Part shown: positions 1-11,569 of the stretch, in pieces
Position numbering within the stretch: position 1 is the stretch's first letter
Layout: the number at the start of each line of letters is the position of its first letter
Position numbers and translations under genes: made by a program
Notes under the pieces: model-generated
What the model saw: the letters and a program-made list of their open reading frames with translations, nothing else
Told to the model about the DNA's origin: nothing
Database searches by the model: none
DNA from: Mustelus asterias
Taxonomy: Eukaryota
Length of the DNA: 64,000 bases
Direction: 5' to 3'
Assembly (NCBI RefSeq): GCF_964213995.1
Contig: NC_135808.1
Coordinates: forward strand, 23,064,001 to 23,128,000

Positions 1-582
1 TTATGTTGCAGTTGCACAGGACGTTGGTGAGGCCGCACTTGGAGTATTGTGTTCAGTTTTGGTCGCCCTGCTACAGGAAATATGTTATTAAACTCGAAAG
101 AGTACAGAAGAGATTTACAAGGATGTTGCCAGGACTGAAGGGACTGTGTTGTAGGGAGAGATTGGACATGCGAGGACTTTTTTCCTTTGGAGCGTAGGAG
201 ACTAAGGGGTGATCTTGTAGAGGTATATAATAAGATCATGAGGGACATGGATAGGGTGAATGCACTCAGTCTTTTTCCCAGGGTTGGGGAATCGAGAACT
301 CGAGAGCATAGGTTTATGTTAAGAGGGGAAAAAATTAATGGAAACCTGAGGAGCAACTGTTTTACACAGAGAATGGTACATATGTGCAAAGAGCTGCCGG
401 AGGAAGTGGTTGAAGCAGGGACATTGACAACATTTAAAAGGCATTTGGACAGATACATGGATCTGAAAGGTTTAGGGGGATATGGGTCAAATACAGGCAA
501 ATGGAGTTAAGTTAGATGGATATTTTGGTCGGCTAGGGCCAGTTTCGGCCAAAGGGCCTGCCTCTGTTCCGTAGATTCTATG
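1..582 (+). mobile_element. CR1 LINE, 3' end of ORF2 and 3' UTR (degenerate)
   Basis: ORFs 3..197 and 187..510 carry CR1 C-terminal motifs (LVRPHLEYCVQFWSP, RRRLRGDL, FTQR); ends in a gattctatga tail. Confidence 0.9.
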
Positions 583-602
583 AAAGCAAAAAATATGAGA
601 GT

Positions 603-2497
603 TGTGATAACCCCCAGCACCTACAAGGGGAATCCCTGATTGACCCCCCAGTCAGACTCATGGGAATCTGAGTTCCAGTGGTGATAGGCAATTGCCTAAC
701 CAGGTGGAACTCGTATCCAGAGCCCTTGATAAGTCAATCCCTTGAGCGTGTCCGGTGTTCTATCATCCTGGATGGGACTCATGTACATGGACCACAAAGT
801 TGTGTTTTAACTTTTACTTTGACAAATACAATATCGAATGATGAAAATGTGAGCTGGAAACTATGTTTGGCAGCCTGGTACAGATGGGGACATAGAGGAA
901 CTGGTTCAAACATGCAAAGCTTGCCAGGATAACCAGGGGGCCCCACCAGTAGCCTCTCTGTTCTCCTGGGAATGGCCGGGAAGTCCTTGGATTGTGCAGG
1001 GCCATTTATGGGCTCAATGATTCTGATATTGATTGATGCCCACCCGAAGTAGATTGGTCTACACCGGGTGGCTTTTACCACTTCATATAACACCATAGAA
1101 AAGCTCGGGCAGTCTTTCAGTACGCATGAGATACCAGAGGTCCTCGTAACAGGCAATGGGACCCGTTTACCAGTGAAGAGTTCAAAACATTCATGACCAC
1201 AAATGGAGTAAGACATGTCTGCACAGCCCCATATCACCTCTCATTGAATGGCTTCACAGGGCGAGCAGTCCAAGTAGAATCATAGAACCTTAGAAACCCT
1301 ACAATGCAGAAAGAGGCCATCTGGCCCATTGAGTCTGCACCGACCACAATCCCACCCAGGCCCTACCCCCATATCCCTACACATTTACCCGCTAATCCCT
1401 CTAACCTACGCATCTCAGGACACTAAGGGGCAATTTTAGCATGGCCAGTCAACCTAACCCGCAGATCTTTGGGTTCAAAAGCAGTTCAAAAAAGTGTTCA
1501 AAAGCAGCATGAAAAAAACAAACTCAGGGCTCCTTGGGCACAAAGTTGGTACAGTTCATTTTAACTCCAGGGCAACCCTGTACATAATGACGGGTTTCGC
1601 CCCAGCAGAATTCCTGATGGGCACACGCCTGCGGGATCAGGCTGAGCCTCACTTTCCTGAATCTAAGTGTAAAAATTGAGGAGAAACAAAAAGCACAAAA
1701 TATGGGCCAAGGGGGGGCATTCGCCTGATTGGAATTTTAAACCAGGAGACACCGTCCACGTGCAAAACTTTGGAGATAGCACCCAATGGACACCACGGGT
1801 TCCTCCCTCAAGGATCGGCCCAGTGTTATACACTGTAAAAACTGAAGACAAGATAGTAAGGAAACATATTGACCCTCTGACGCCGTCCGAAACGTTCGAC
1901 AGAAGCAACTGGCACATCGAACGTGCCATCTTCGGCACCGTGCACATCGACTGGCAGCAAAGAAACTCAACCAACGCTTGGCTTCAAAACAACTGGGGAG
2001 GACTCGGCCTTAGAAATGGAAATTGAGGCAGCGGAATCTCAGCCAGAGGTTGTTGTGGAGAGTGAGCCACCTGCAGTGACACTTCGGCGGTCATCAAGAA
2101 AGAGACGGTCGCCGACTCGATGGACCTCTCCTGACCAGGTGGAGGATGCAATGGAAAGAAAGCCATTGGTCAAAGGATGAAGATGTTCTTGACATCTCAG
2201 GAGTGAGGGAGAGCCCTCAGGCATGGAGGTGGAGGGATGTGATAACCCCGAGTACCTACAAAGGGAATCCCTGGTTGACCTCCCAGTAAGACTCATGGGA
2301 TACGAGTGCCTGGGTGATTGGCAATTGCCTAACCAGGTGGAACCCGTATCCAGAGCCCTTGATAAGGCGGTCCCCTGAGCGTCCGGTATTCTATCATCCA
2401 AATGGAACTCATGTACACGTACCACAGGGTTGTGTTTTAATTTTACTTTGACAAACAAAACATTGTTCCTTTCCAGTCGGCTTCCTGAGTTATTACA
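603..2497 (+). mobile_element. Gypsy-type LTR retrotransposon remnant (5' LTR fused to integrase remnant, then 3' LTR)
   Basis: Direct repeats starting TGTGATAACCCC at 603 and 2238; the second ends TTATTACA at 2497 and is preceded by a PPT-like GGAGGTGGAGGGA; the interior encodes a decayed integrase (PWEWPG...AGPFMGSMILILIDAH, PAEFLMG, IGPVLYTV). Confidence 0.8.
1277..1471 (-). mobile_element. HE1/V-SINE-like SINE, 3' part
   Basis: Matches the 3' half of the other SINE copies in the window; inserted in the Gypsy integrase remnant. Confidence 0.85.
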
Positions 2498-2858
2498 ATA
2501 ATGAATAGTCAGCATGGATCTTGAAATGGAGAGTCTTGTTTTACTCCACTTAGTGGATTTTTTGAGGATGTAACAGGTGATGATAATGTAGTAGATATAA
2601 TTTAATATGATTTTTTCAATGTAATAGATAAGGTGACTGGTGATAGACTAATGGATAAGGTCAGAGAATGTGGAGTTAGGGAAAAGTGACAGAATGGATT
2701 GCTCACTGACTTTGAGACAGAAAGCAGAGAGTGTGAGTAAAGGGAGTTATTCAGAGTTACAGACAGTGGGAAATGGTGTCCCACAAGGATCAGTGCTCGG
2801 CTCACCACTGTTTATAATTTACACTCAATGATTTGGTTATTGGAACCAAGAACACCAT

Positions 2859-3681
2859 GGGTAGAATTTTACGACCTCATAATGCCCATTTTTCAGCATG
2901 AAGATGTACTAAATTGGGGAGTGAGCTGACTGGTGGGAATAGTGCCCCTTTTCCCATCCATTCCTACCTGACCAAAAGAGAATGGGTGAAAATGGGTCAA
3001 TTTGCATTTTTGTGCATTCATCACAATGTAACAAGCGAGCTTCAGTGTTGTCCTGGGAACCACGCAAGACAGGCAATAGCTGGCCCACCTGAAAGCTTTG
3101 GGACTCCTCCCAACAGCCTCACAGTTGGTCCAGTGTTGCTGTCAGCCCTTCCTGCATTCCCTGGCTCAGTTGCTGCATCTCCAGCAGCGGGGATTTGGTC
3201 ATTAGGCACAGCGGTTAGCGCTGCTGCCTCTGTCATGATAGGGTTGGCAGGGGAGAGGGTCATGTCACTTGGCAATTAGGGGCAGGGGGTGATGAGGGGA
3301 TCATGTGCAAGGGGGTGTAAGGAGGGTAAGGCAGTTGGAAAATTGGGCAGAGTCCCTGATGTCCGTGGCGGGGAGGGTGAGGCTGTATCTGGCCGGGGGA
3401 AGGGTCGGGGGGGGGGGGGGGGGGGGGAGTTGTGGCAGGGTAACGGCTGCCTTTTTCGCCTTTTCTGCGAATGTGCAGTTTGTGGCTCCGATCTGAGCTG
3501 CAGGCTGTCTGTCGGGTTATGCCCCAACCACTGCCTCTTTTGGATAGAAACAGTCTAGCCCATATTGTCAATATTTACGTCTGTAAGATTGGGAGTGAAA
3601 ACACGCTCAAAGAAATGGTTCAGGCACTCTCTCGTTTTCACGCCAGCCGGACAATGAAAATAATCTCGGAAAATTCCGCCC
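2859..3681. mobile_element. Non-autonomous TIR DNA element (Harbinger/PIF-like MITE)
   Basis: Imperfect TIRs GGGTAGAATTTTAC / GGAAAATTCCGCCC; 3-bp duplication CAT (2856-2858 and 3682-3684); the host CR1 resumes on both sides. Confidence 0.6.
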
Positions 3682-4238
3682 CATTTCTCAATTTGCAGAG
3701 GACATCAAATTGTGATGAATTAGTCAATATTGAGGAGAACTGCAATACATTAATTGGACATTCATAAACTTTTAGAATGAGCAAATAATTGGTGAATGGA
3801 GTTCAGCACAGATAAACGTGAAGGTAGTTTTCTGTTAAAGATGTATCGGGAGGTCACTTATTACCTGGAAGGTGCCGGTGTGGATGGAGTTGAGGAACAA
3901 AGGGATCTGGGTGTACAAATACACCAATCAGTAACAGGTTAGACAAGGTCATAAACAAAATAAATGGAAAACCAGGTTTTATTTCTCGAGAGATTGAATT
4001 GTAAAGCAGGGATGTTATTGCTAAACCTGTATCAGCCTTCATTATAGGACATTTAGCACGTGTGCAGTTCCGGTCACCATTTCATACAAAGGATATAGAT
4101 TCAGGGGAGAGAGTGCAGAGATGATTTACAAAGATGATTCCAGGAATGAGTGGGTGAACATCTCGGTGAAGGATTGACCGGGTCTCCGCACTCAGGAAAA
4201 CAGAAGGCTGAGGGTTGACCTAGTCGAGGTCTTGAAAA

Positions 4239-4555
4239 TCATAGAACCCTACAGTGCAGAAGGAGGCCATTCGGCCCATCGAGTCTGCACCGACCACAAT
4301 CCCACCCAAGCCCTACCCCCACATATTTACCCGCTAATCCCTCTAACCTACGCATCTCAGGGGCAATTTTTAACCTGGCCAATCAACCTAACCCGCACAT
4401 CTTTGTGGGAGGAAACCGGAGCACCCGGAGGAAACCCACGCAGACACGAGGAGAATGTGCAAACTCCACACAGACAGTGACCCGAGCCGGGAATCGAACC
4501 CAGGACCCTGGAGCTGTGAAGCAGCAGTGCTAACCACTGTGCTACCGTGCCGCCC
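4239..4555 (-). mobile_element. HE1/V-SINE-like tRNA-derived SINE, full length
   Basis: tRNA head (A box gtagcacagtggt, B box ggttcgattcc), V-core and CR1-like tail; AAAAT duplicated at the flanks. Confidence 0.92.
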
Positions 4556-5104
4556 AAAATTATGCAAGGTTTTTATAGACTGGAAACAGAAAGAATGTTT
4601 GCTCTTGTGGGAAGGACAAACTGGAGGCCATCAATGCAGGATAGTCACCAAGAAACGCAATGGGAAATTCAGGAGAGATCTCTTTACCAAAGAATGAAGA
4701 GAATGTGAAGCTCGCTACTGCAGGGAGTGGCTGAACTGAACAGTAGATTAAGAGGAAAATAGACAAGCAAAAGAGAAGGGAATAGAGTTAAAATGGTTGA
4801 ATTAGATGTGGGAAGATGGGAGGAGGCTCAAGTGGAACATAAACACCAGCATCAACTGGATGGGTTGATTGGCTGATTTTTATGTCGTATATCCTGTGTT
4901 TCCTGATTCTCTCTCTCTCTCTGACTCACTCTCTTTCATTTTGTCTCTCTCTCTGATTTCTCTCTCTTTCTGATTCTCTCTCTCTCCCTCCCTTCTTGGC
5001 CTCTTTCATTCTCTCCCACTTTCACGTTCTCTCTCTCCCTCTCTCTGATTCTCACTTTTCCCTCTCCCTGATTCACTCAGTCTCTCTGATTCTCTCTCTA
5101 ACAG

Positions 5105-5209
5105 AACCAAAGTCTCGCTCCCAGGTTGCTGTTACTGTCGGGATTGTGGTCGGGGTCCTCGTGCTCATCGCTCTCATCATTGTGGCTGTCGTCATCTACA
5201 CCAAGAAAG
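5105..5209 (+). CDS. Connecting-peptide/transmembrane exon, probably of an MHC class I-like gene: (E)PKSRSQVAVTVGIVVGVLVLIALIIVAVVIYTKK
   Basis: Long polypyrimidine tract ending ctaacag; phase-1/phase-1 105-nt exon; hydrophobic span followed by YTKK; EPK start resembles class I TM exons; donor is non-canonical AAG|GCAGGA; upstream exons not found in the window. Confidence 0.65.
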
Positions 5210-5457
5210 GCAGGAATTTGAAGGGAAAATAGCAGCTCCTCACTGGGGGGAGGGATTGTGGGAGAGTATTCCAGGTGGGGGTGGCTCAGGCTGTGGGACT
5301 CAGGTTGGTGTGGAGGAGGTCACAGAGTGGGTGGGAGAGCCGCAGGGTTGGGATAGGGAGGGTGAGGGGCTCAAGAAAAAGGGGGAGAGTTTGAGAATTC
5401 TGGGTTCTCATGTTGGATGAGGAGTTGAGGGCATCAGTGAGAGTCCCGGATCCCTGC

Positions 5458-6795
5458 AGGAGTGAGGGGCTCAGGTCAGTGTGGGAGTGGGGGACTCGGG
5501 TCAGTGTGGGAGTGGGGGACTCGGGTCAGTGTGGGAGTGGGGGACTCGGGTCAGTATGGGAGTGGGGGGCTCGGGTCAGTGTGGGAGTGGAGGACTCGGG
5601 TCAGTGTGGGAGTGGGGGACTCGGGTCAGTGTGGGAGTGGGGGACTCGGGTCAGTGTGGGAGTGGGGGACTCGGGTCAGTGTGGGAGTGGGGGACTCGGG
5701 TCAGTGTGGGAGTGGGGGACTCGGGTCAGTGTGGGAGTGGGGGACTCGGGTCAGTGTGGGAGTGGGGGACTCGGGTCAGTGTGGGAGTGGGGGACTCGGG
5801 TCAGTGTGGGAGTGGGGGACTCGGGTCAGTGTGGGAGTGGGGGACTCGGGTCAGTGTGGGAGTGGGGGACTCGGGTCAGTGTGGGAGTGGGGGTCTCGGG
5901 TCAGTGCGGGAGTGAGGGGCTCGGGTCAGTGCGGGAGTGAGGGGCTCGGGTCAGTGTGGGAGTGGGGGACTCGGGTCAGTGTGGGAGTGGGGGGCTCGGG
6001 TCAGTGTGGGAGTGAGGGGCTCAGGTCAGTGTGGGAGTGAGGGGCTCAGGTCAGTGTGGGAGTGAGGGGCTCAGGTCAGTGTGGGAGTGAGGGACTGGGG
6101 TCAGTGTGGGAGTGGGGGACTCGGGTCAGTGTGGGAGTTGGGGACTTGGGTCAGTGTGGGAGTTGGGGACTCGGGTCAGTGTGGGAGTGAGGGGCTCAGG
6201 TCAGTGTGGGAGTGAGGGACTGGGGTCAGTGTGGGAGTGGAGGACTCGGGTCAGTGTGGGAGTGAGGGGGCTCGGGTCAGTGTGGGAGGGGGGACTCGGG
6301 TCAGTGTGGGAGGGGGGACTGGGGTCAGTGTGGGAGTGGGGGACTGGGGTCAGTGTGGGAGTGGGGGACTGGGGTCAGTGTGGGAGTGGGGGACTGGGGT
6401 CAGTGTGGGAGTGGGGGACTCGGGTCAGTGTGGGAGTGGGGGACTCGGGTCAGTGTGGGAGGGGGGACTGGGGTCAGTGTGGGAGTGGGGGACTGGGGTC
6501 AGTGTGGGAGTGGGGGGCTCGGGTCAGTGCGGGAGTGGGGGGCTCGGGTCAGTGTGGGAGTGGGGGGCTCGGGTCAGTGCGGGAGTGGGGGACTGGGGTC
6601 AGTGTGGGAGTGGGGGACTCGGGTCAGTGTGGGAGTGGGGGACTCGGGTCAGTGTGGGAGTGAGGGGCTCGGGTGCGTGTGGGAGTGAGGGGTTTGGGTC
6701 AGTGTGGGAGTGAGGGGCTCGGGTCAGTGTGGGAGTGAGGGACTGGGGTCAGTGTGGGAGTGAGGGGTTTGGGTGAGTGTGGGAGTGAGGGACTC
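5458..6795 (+). repeat. 25-bp G-rich minisatellite (TCGGGTCAGTGTGGGAGTGGGGGAC)n, about 50 units
   Basis: Tandem array visible directly; homogeneous centre with variant units toward both edges. Confidence 0.97.
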
Positions 6796-7373
6796 GTGTT
6801 TGTTGCTCTGATGAATTGTGCTGGTGTTTAGGGGTCTGATGGGTTTGAGCTCATCAAGCCTCCTTCTCCCCTCTTCCAAATTTTCAATGATGAGCTCACC
6901 TTAAATCCACGCTAACTTTCCTTGATTAATCTGTGCCTTTCTAAATGAAGGTTTATACTTCATCACATTGGAATTATTAATTCCAATAATTTTCCCACCA
7001 AGTAAGTTAAACTAACTGGTGTATAATTACTCAGATTGCCCCTTCATCCCTTTTCAATCCATGGTGTAATGCTGTCAGTCCTTTAATCTCCGTTCACTCT
7101 CCTGTGACCGGGAAGAATGATTCTGATTATCGGAGCCTCTGCAATTCCCTCCTTTGCTCCTTTTAACCTGGTGATTTATCTCCTCTCAAACTTGTAAAAT
7201 CCCTGAATACATCATCTCTTACAATGTTTATCTGATGCAGTAATTCACACATTTCCTCCTCAACTGCAATGTCAACATTGCTCCCTGTTTCCCAAACACA
7301 GTGGCAATGTATTTATTGTAAGAAGTTTAACAACACCAGGTTAAAGTCCAACAGGTTTATTTTGTAGCAAAAG

Positions 7374-7418
7374 CCATACGAGCTTTCGGAGCTCCAAGCC
7401 CCTTCTTCAGGTGAGTGG
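7374..7418 (-). ncRNA. Minimal type I hammerhead ribozyme motif in the PLE 3' region (inverted arm)
   Basis: Reverse complement reads CCACTCAC-CTGAAGA-AGGGGC TTGGA GCTCC-GAAA-GCTC-GTATGG. Confidence 0.65.
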
Positions 7419-10274
7419 GAATTCTGTTCACAAACAGGGCATATAAAGACACAAACTCAATTTACATGAATAATGGTTGGAATGCGAATACTTACAGCTA
7501 ATCAAGTCTTTAAGATACAAACAACGTGAGTGGAGAGAGCATCAAGACAGGCTAAAAAGATGTGTATTGTCTCCAGACAAGACAGCCAGTGAAACTTTGC
7601 AGGTTCAGGCAAGCTGTGGGGGTTACAAATAGTGTGACATGAACCCAATATCCCGGTTGAGGCCGTCCTCGTGTGTGCAGAACATGGCTATCAGTTTCTG
7701 CTCAGCGACTCTGCGCCGCCGTGTGTCGTGAAGGCCGCCTTGGAGAATGCTTACCCGAATATCAGAGGCCGAATGCCCGTGACCGCTGAAGTGCTTCCCA
7801 ACAGGAAGAGAACAGTCTTGCCTGGTGATTGTCGAGCGGTGTTCATTCATCCGTTGTCGCAGCGTCTGCATGTTTTCCCCAATGTACCATGCCTCGGAAC
7901 ATCCTTTCCTGCAGCGTATCACGTAGACAACGTTGGCCGAGTTGCAAGAGTATGTGCCGTGTACCTGGTGGATGGTGTTCTCACATGAGATGATGTCATC
8001 TGTGTCAATGATCCAGCATGTCTTGCCGAGGTTGCTGTGGCAGGGTTGTGTGGTGTCGTGGTCACTGTTCTCCTGAAGGCTGGGTAGTTTGCTGCGGACA
8101 ATGGTCTGTTTGAGGTTGTGTGATTGTTTGAAGGCAAGAAATGCGGGTGTGGGGATAGCCTTGGAGAGATGTTCGTCTTCATCAATGACATGTTGAAGGC
8201 TCCGGAGGAGATGCCGTAGCTTCTCCGCTCCGGGGAAGTAATGGACGACGAAGGGTACTCTGTCTATTGTGTCCCATGTTTGTCTTCTGAGGAGGTCGGT
8301 GCGGTTTTTCACTATAGCGCGTTGGAACTGTTGATCAATGAGTCGAGCACTATATCCTGTTCTCATGAGGGCATCTTTCAGCGTCTGGAGGTGTCTGTTG
8401 CGATCCTCCTCATCCGAGCAGATCCTGTGTATACGGGGGGGCTTGTCCGTAGGGGATGGCTTCTTTAACATGTTTAGGGTGGAAGCTAGGGCAGTGGAGC
8501 ATCGTGAGGTTATCCGTGGGCTTGCGGTACGGTGAGGTACTGAGGTGACCATCCTTAATGGAGATGCGTGTGTCCAAGAATGCAACCGATTCCGGAGAGT
8601 CGTCCATGGTGAGTCTGATGGTGGGATGGAACTTGTTGATGTCATCATAGAGTTGTTTCAGTGATTGTTCACCATGAGTCCAAAGGAAGAAAATGTAATC
8701 GATGTATCAGTACACTTCTAAATGACAACTAAACAATGAGGAACACTGCAGACAGTTACCTGCAGATCCGACCAAAGAACACACCCATCAACTCAACACT
8801 CTGATCAAGACCTTTGATCCGGACCTTCAGAGCACCCTCCTTGCTCTCATCCCACGTACTCCACACGTTGGAAATCTCTACTGCCTCCCGAAGATACACA
8901 AGGCAAACACACCTGGCCATCCCATCATATCGGGCAATGGAACCTTGTGCGGGAACCTCTCCGGCTATGTCGAGGGCATCCTGAAACCCATTGTACGAAG
9001 AACTCCCAGCTTTTGTCATGACACTGTGGACTTCCTACAGAAACTCGGCATACATGGAGCAGTTGAACCAGGAGCACTCCTCGTCACAATGGATGTCTCG
9101 GCACTCTACACCAGCATCCCCACGATGATGGCATTGCTGCAATGGCCTCAGTGCTCAGCGCCGACAAATGCCAGTTTCCAGATGCAATTTTACAACTCAT
9201 CCGCTTCATCCTGGACCACAATGTCTTCACCTTCAACAACCAGTTCTTCATCCAGACACACGGAACAGCCATGGGGACCAAATTCGCACCTCAATATGCC
9301 AACATCTTCATGCACAGGTTCGAACAAGACTTCTTCACCGCACGGGACCTTCAACCGATGCTATACACTAGATACATCGATGACATTTTCTTCCTTTGGA
9401 CTCATGGTGAACAATGACTGAAACAACTCTATGATGACATCAACAAGTTCCACCCCACCATCAGACTCACCATGGACTACTCTCCGGAATCGGTTGCATT
9501 CTTGGACACACGCATCTCCATTAAGGACGGTCACCTCAGCACCTCACTGTACCGCAAGCCCACGGATAACCTCATGATGCTCCACTTCCCCAGCTTCCAC
9601 CCTAAACAGTTAAAGAAGCCATCCCCTACGGACAAGCCCTCCATATACACAGGATCTGCTCAGATGAGGAGGATCGCAACAGACACCTCCAGACGCTGAA
9701 AGATGCCCTCATGAGAACAGGATATAGCGCTCGACTCATTGATCAACAGTTCCAACGCGCCACAGCGAAAAACCGTACCGACCTCCTCAGAAGACAAACA
9801 CGGGACACAGTGGACAGAGTACCCTTCGTCGTCCAGTACTTCCCTGGAGTGGAGAAGCTACGGCATCTCCTCCGGAGCCTTCAACATGACATTGATGAAG
9901 ACGAACATCTCGCCAAGGCCATCCCCACACCCCCACTTCTTGCCTTCAAACAACCGTACAACCTCAAACAGACCATTGTCCGCAGAAGACTACTCAGCTT
10001 TCAGGAGAACAGTGACCACGACACCACACAACCCTGTCACAGCGACCTCAGCAAGACGTGCCGGATCATTGACACAGATGCCATCATCTCACGTGAGAAC
10101 ACCATCCACCAGGTACACGGTACATACTCTTGCAACTCGGCCAACGTTGTCTACCTGATACGCTGCAGGAAAGGATGTCCCGAGGCATGGTACATTGGGG
10201 AAACTATGCAGACGCTGCGACAATGGATGAATGAACACCGCTCGACAATCACCAGGCACCTGTGAACAGAATTT

Positions 10275-10319
10275 CCACTCACCTGAAGAAGGGGCTTGGA
10301 GCTCTGAAAGCTTGTGTGG
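10275..10319 (+). ncRNA. Minimal type I hammerhead ribozyme motif in the PLE 3' region
   Basis: CCACTCAC-CTGAAGA-stem II (GGGGC/GCTCT)-GAAA-GCTT-GTGTGG; palindromic AAGCTT stem III typical of PLE minimal HHRs. Confidence 0.7.
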
Positions 10320-10684
10320 CTTTTGCTACCAAATAAACCTGTTGGACTTTCACCTGGTGTTGTTAAACTTCTTAATGTGTTTTACCCCAGTCCAACGCCG
10401 GCATCTCCACATAATGTATTTATTCACAACCTCGCCACATTCTCCACCCTCTCTCACAGGCTATCTTGTTGGTCTCCAAAAAGTTCTCCCCTTTCCTTAT
10501 CCTTTTCTCTTCATGTACTGATACAGCATGTTTGGAGGTTCTTTGATATTTTCTTGGCAGCATTTTTCATGCCCTCTCTTTACTTTTCTGATTTCCTTTT
10601 TAATTTCACCCTGACACTCTCTGTACTATTCCAGGTTTCTGCATTATTAGGCGTGAGGCGTCTGATGGACTTTGCTGTTGGTAT

Positions 10685-11404
10685 ATGTGGGAGTTGGGTG
10701 GATCTGATGTGTTTTGTTGGGGGTGCTCCAGCTCTGCTGGGTTTGCCTCACTCTAAAGTGATGTCTTTCTTTCTCATCCCCAGTGCGGGCCCGGCAGTTT
10801 AATCCAGAGGTACCAGTCCCTGAGAACAGCAGTGGACAAGAGAATGAGGGAAGATGTGATGTCATCAAGCTGACAACCATTAACTGATTCAAGTTCCACA
10901 TTTGTAACTCTGTAACTGGAACTGTGGTCATGGTTTGTCAGGAATTCCCCTATTTGGTGCTGCACTTTTTAAGCTATTCTGATCTGCCCTATCATCCTGC
11001 ACAAATTCTAGGAACTTGTCTCGTTCACTGCAAACTGCAATCTGTAACTTTGCTGCAATGTCTGCAATAAATGATTTATTTTCACTTCCTGCCTCTGCAA
11101 AGTCTTCAATACAAAACTAATATTACTGGGGTAGGGTAACACCACTGCAGTGGAGAACATTTCAAGACATGGGCGTTACGGTGGCACAGTGGTTAGCACT
11201 GCTGCTTCACAGCGCCAGGGACCTGGATTCAATTCCCAGCTTAGGTCACTTTCTGTGTGGAGTTTGCACATTCTCCTCGTGTCTGCATGGGTTGCCTCCG
11301 GGTGCTCCGGTTTCCTCCCACAGTCCAAAGATGTGCGGGTTAGGTGGACTGGCAATGCTAAAATTGCCCCTTAGTGTCAGGGGGACTAGCTAGGGTAAAT
11401 GCAT
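10685..11404 (+). repeat. Local duplication, copy 1 (about 720 bp; partner at 16383-17101)
   Basis: Collinear similarity from ATGTGGGAGTTGGGTGGATCTGATG through the candidate exon into a shared SINE insertion. Confidence 0.92.
10784..10887 (+). CDS. Candidate terminal cytoplasmic-tail exon, copy 1: (V)RARQFNPEVPVPENSSGQENEGRCDVIKLTTIN*
   Basis: Acceptor tctttctttctcatccccag; phase 1 matches the TM exon; frame and stop position are shared with copy 2; AATAAA near 11066. Confidence 0.5.
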
Positions 11405-11493
11405 GGGTTGCGGTGAGAGGGGTCTGGGTGGTATTGTGGTCGGTGCAAACATGATGGGCTGAATGGCCTCCTTCTGCACTGTATGATTCTATG
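11171..11493 (+). mobile_element. HE1/V-SINE-like SINE
   Basis: tRNA head, core and gattctatga tail. Confidence 0.9.
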
Positions 11494-11569
11494 AATTTGA
11501 GAAGAAATGACCAGAAATGTACATCAAGAGGAATTAGTAACAATAAATTAGCAGCAAGAACAGATTTCA

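Larger units (their letters stand above)
2505..4870 (+). mobile_element. Old CR1 LINE ORF2 3' region, interrupted by a TIR element and a SINE
   Basis: Decayed RT motifs (cagcatgga..., ggtgtcccacaaggatcagtgct, caatttgcagaggac, gtgcagttccggtcacc) run collinearly across the insertions. Confidence 0.7.
7318..10412 (+). mobile_element. Penelope-like retroelement, family A (RT + GIY-YIG endonuclease), with a long inverted 5' arm; decayed
   Basis: RT motifs TMDVSALYTSIP, GTAMGTKFAPQYANIFM, RYIDDIF, FLD; GIY-YIG region NVVYLIRC..C..AWYIGET; 7318-~8710 is a minus-strand copy and ~8711-10412 is plus strand; 12-bp TSD AATGTATTTATT at 7306-7317 and 10413-10424. Confidence 0.95.

Noticed and set aside
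4480-4555. tRNA genes at A/B-box motifs (all SINE heads)
   Set aside because: They continue into SINE core and tail and are dispersed, diverged copies
5410-6713. Several long overlapping Gly/Trp/Val-rich ORFs
   Set aside because: Artefact of a stop-free 25-bp tandem repeat that gives the same peptide in all three frames
7623-8648. 341-aa ORF as an active or domesticated PLE protein
   Set aside because: Frameshifted N-terminus and missing RT core; it is the inverted arm of a decayed insertion
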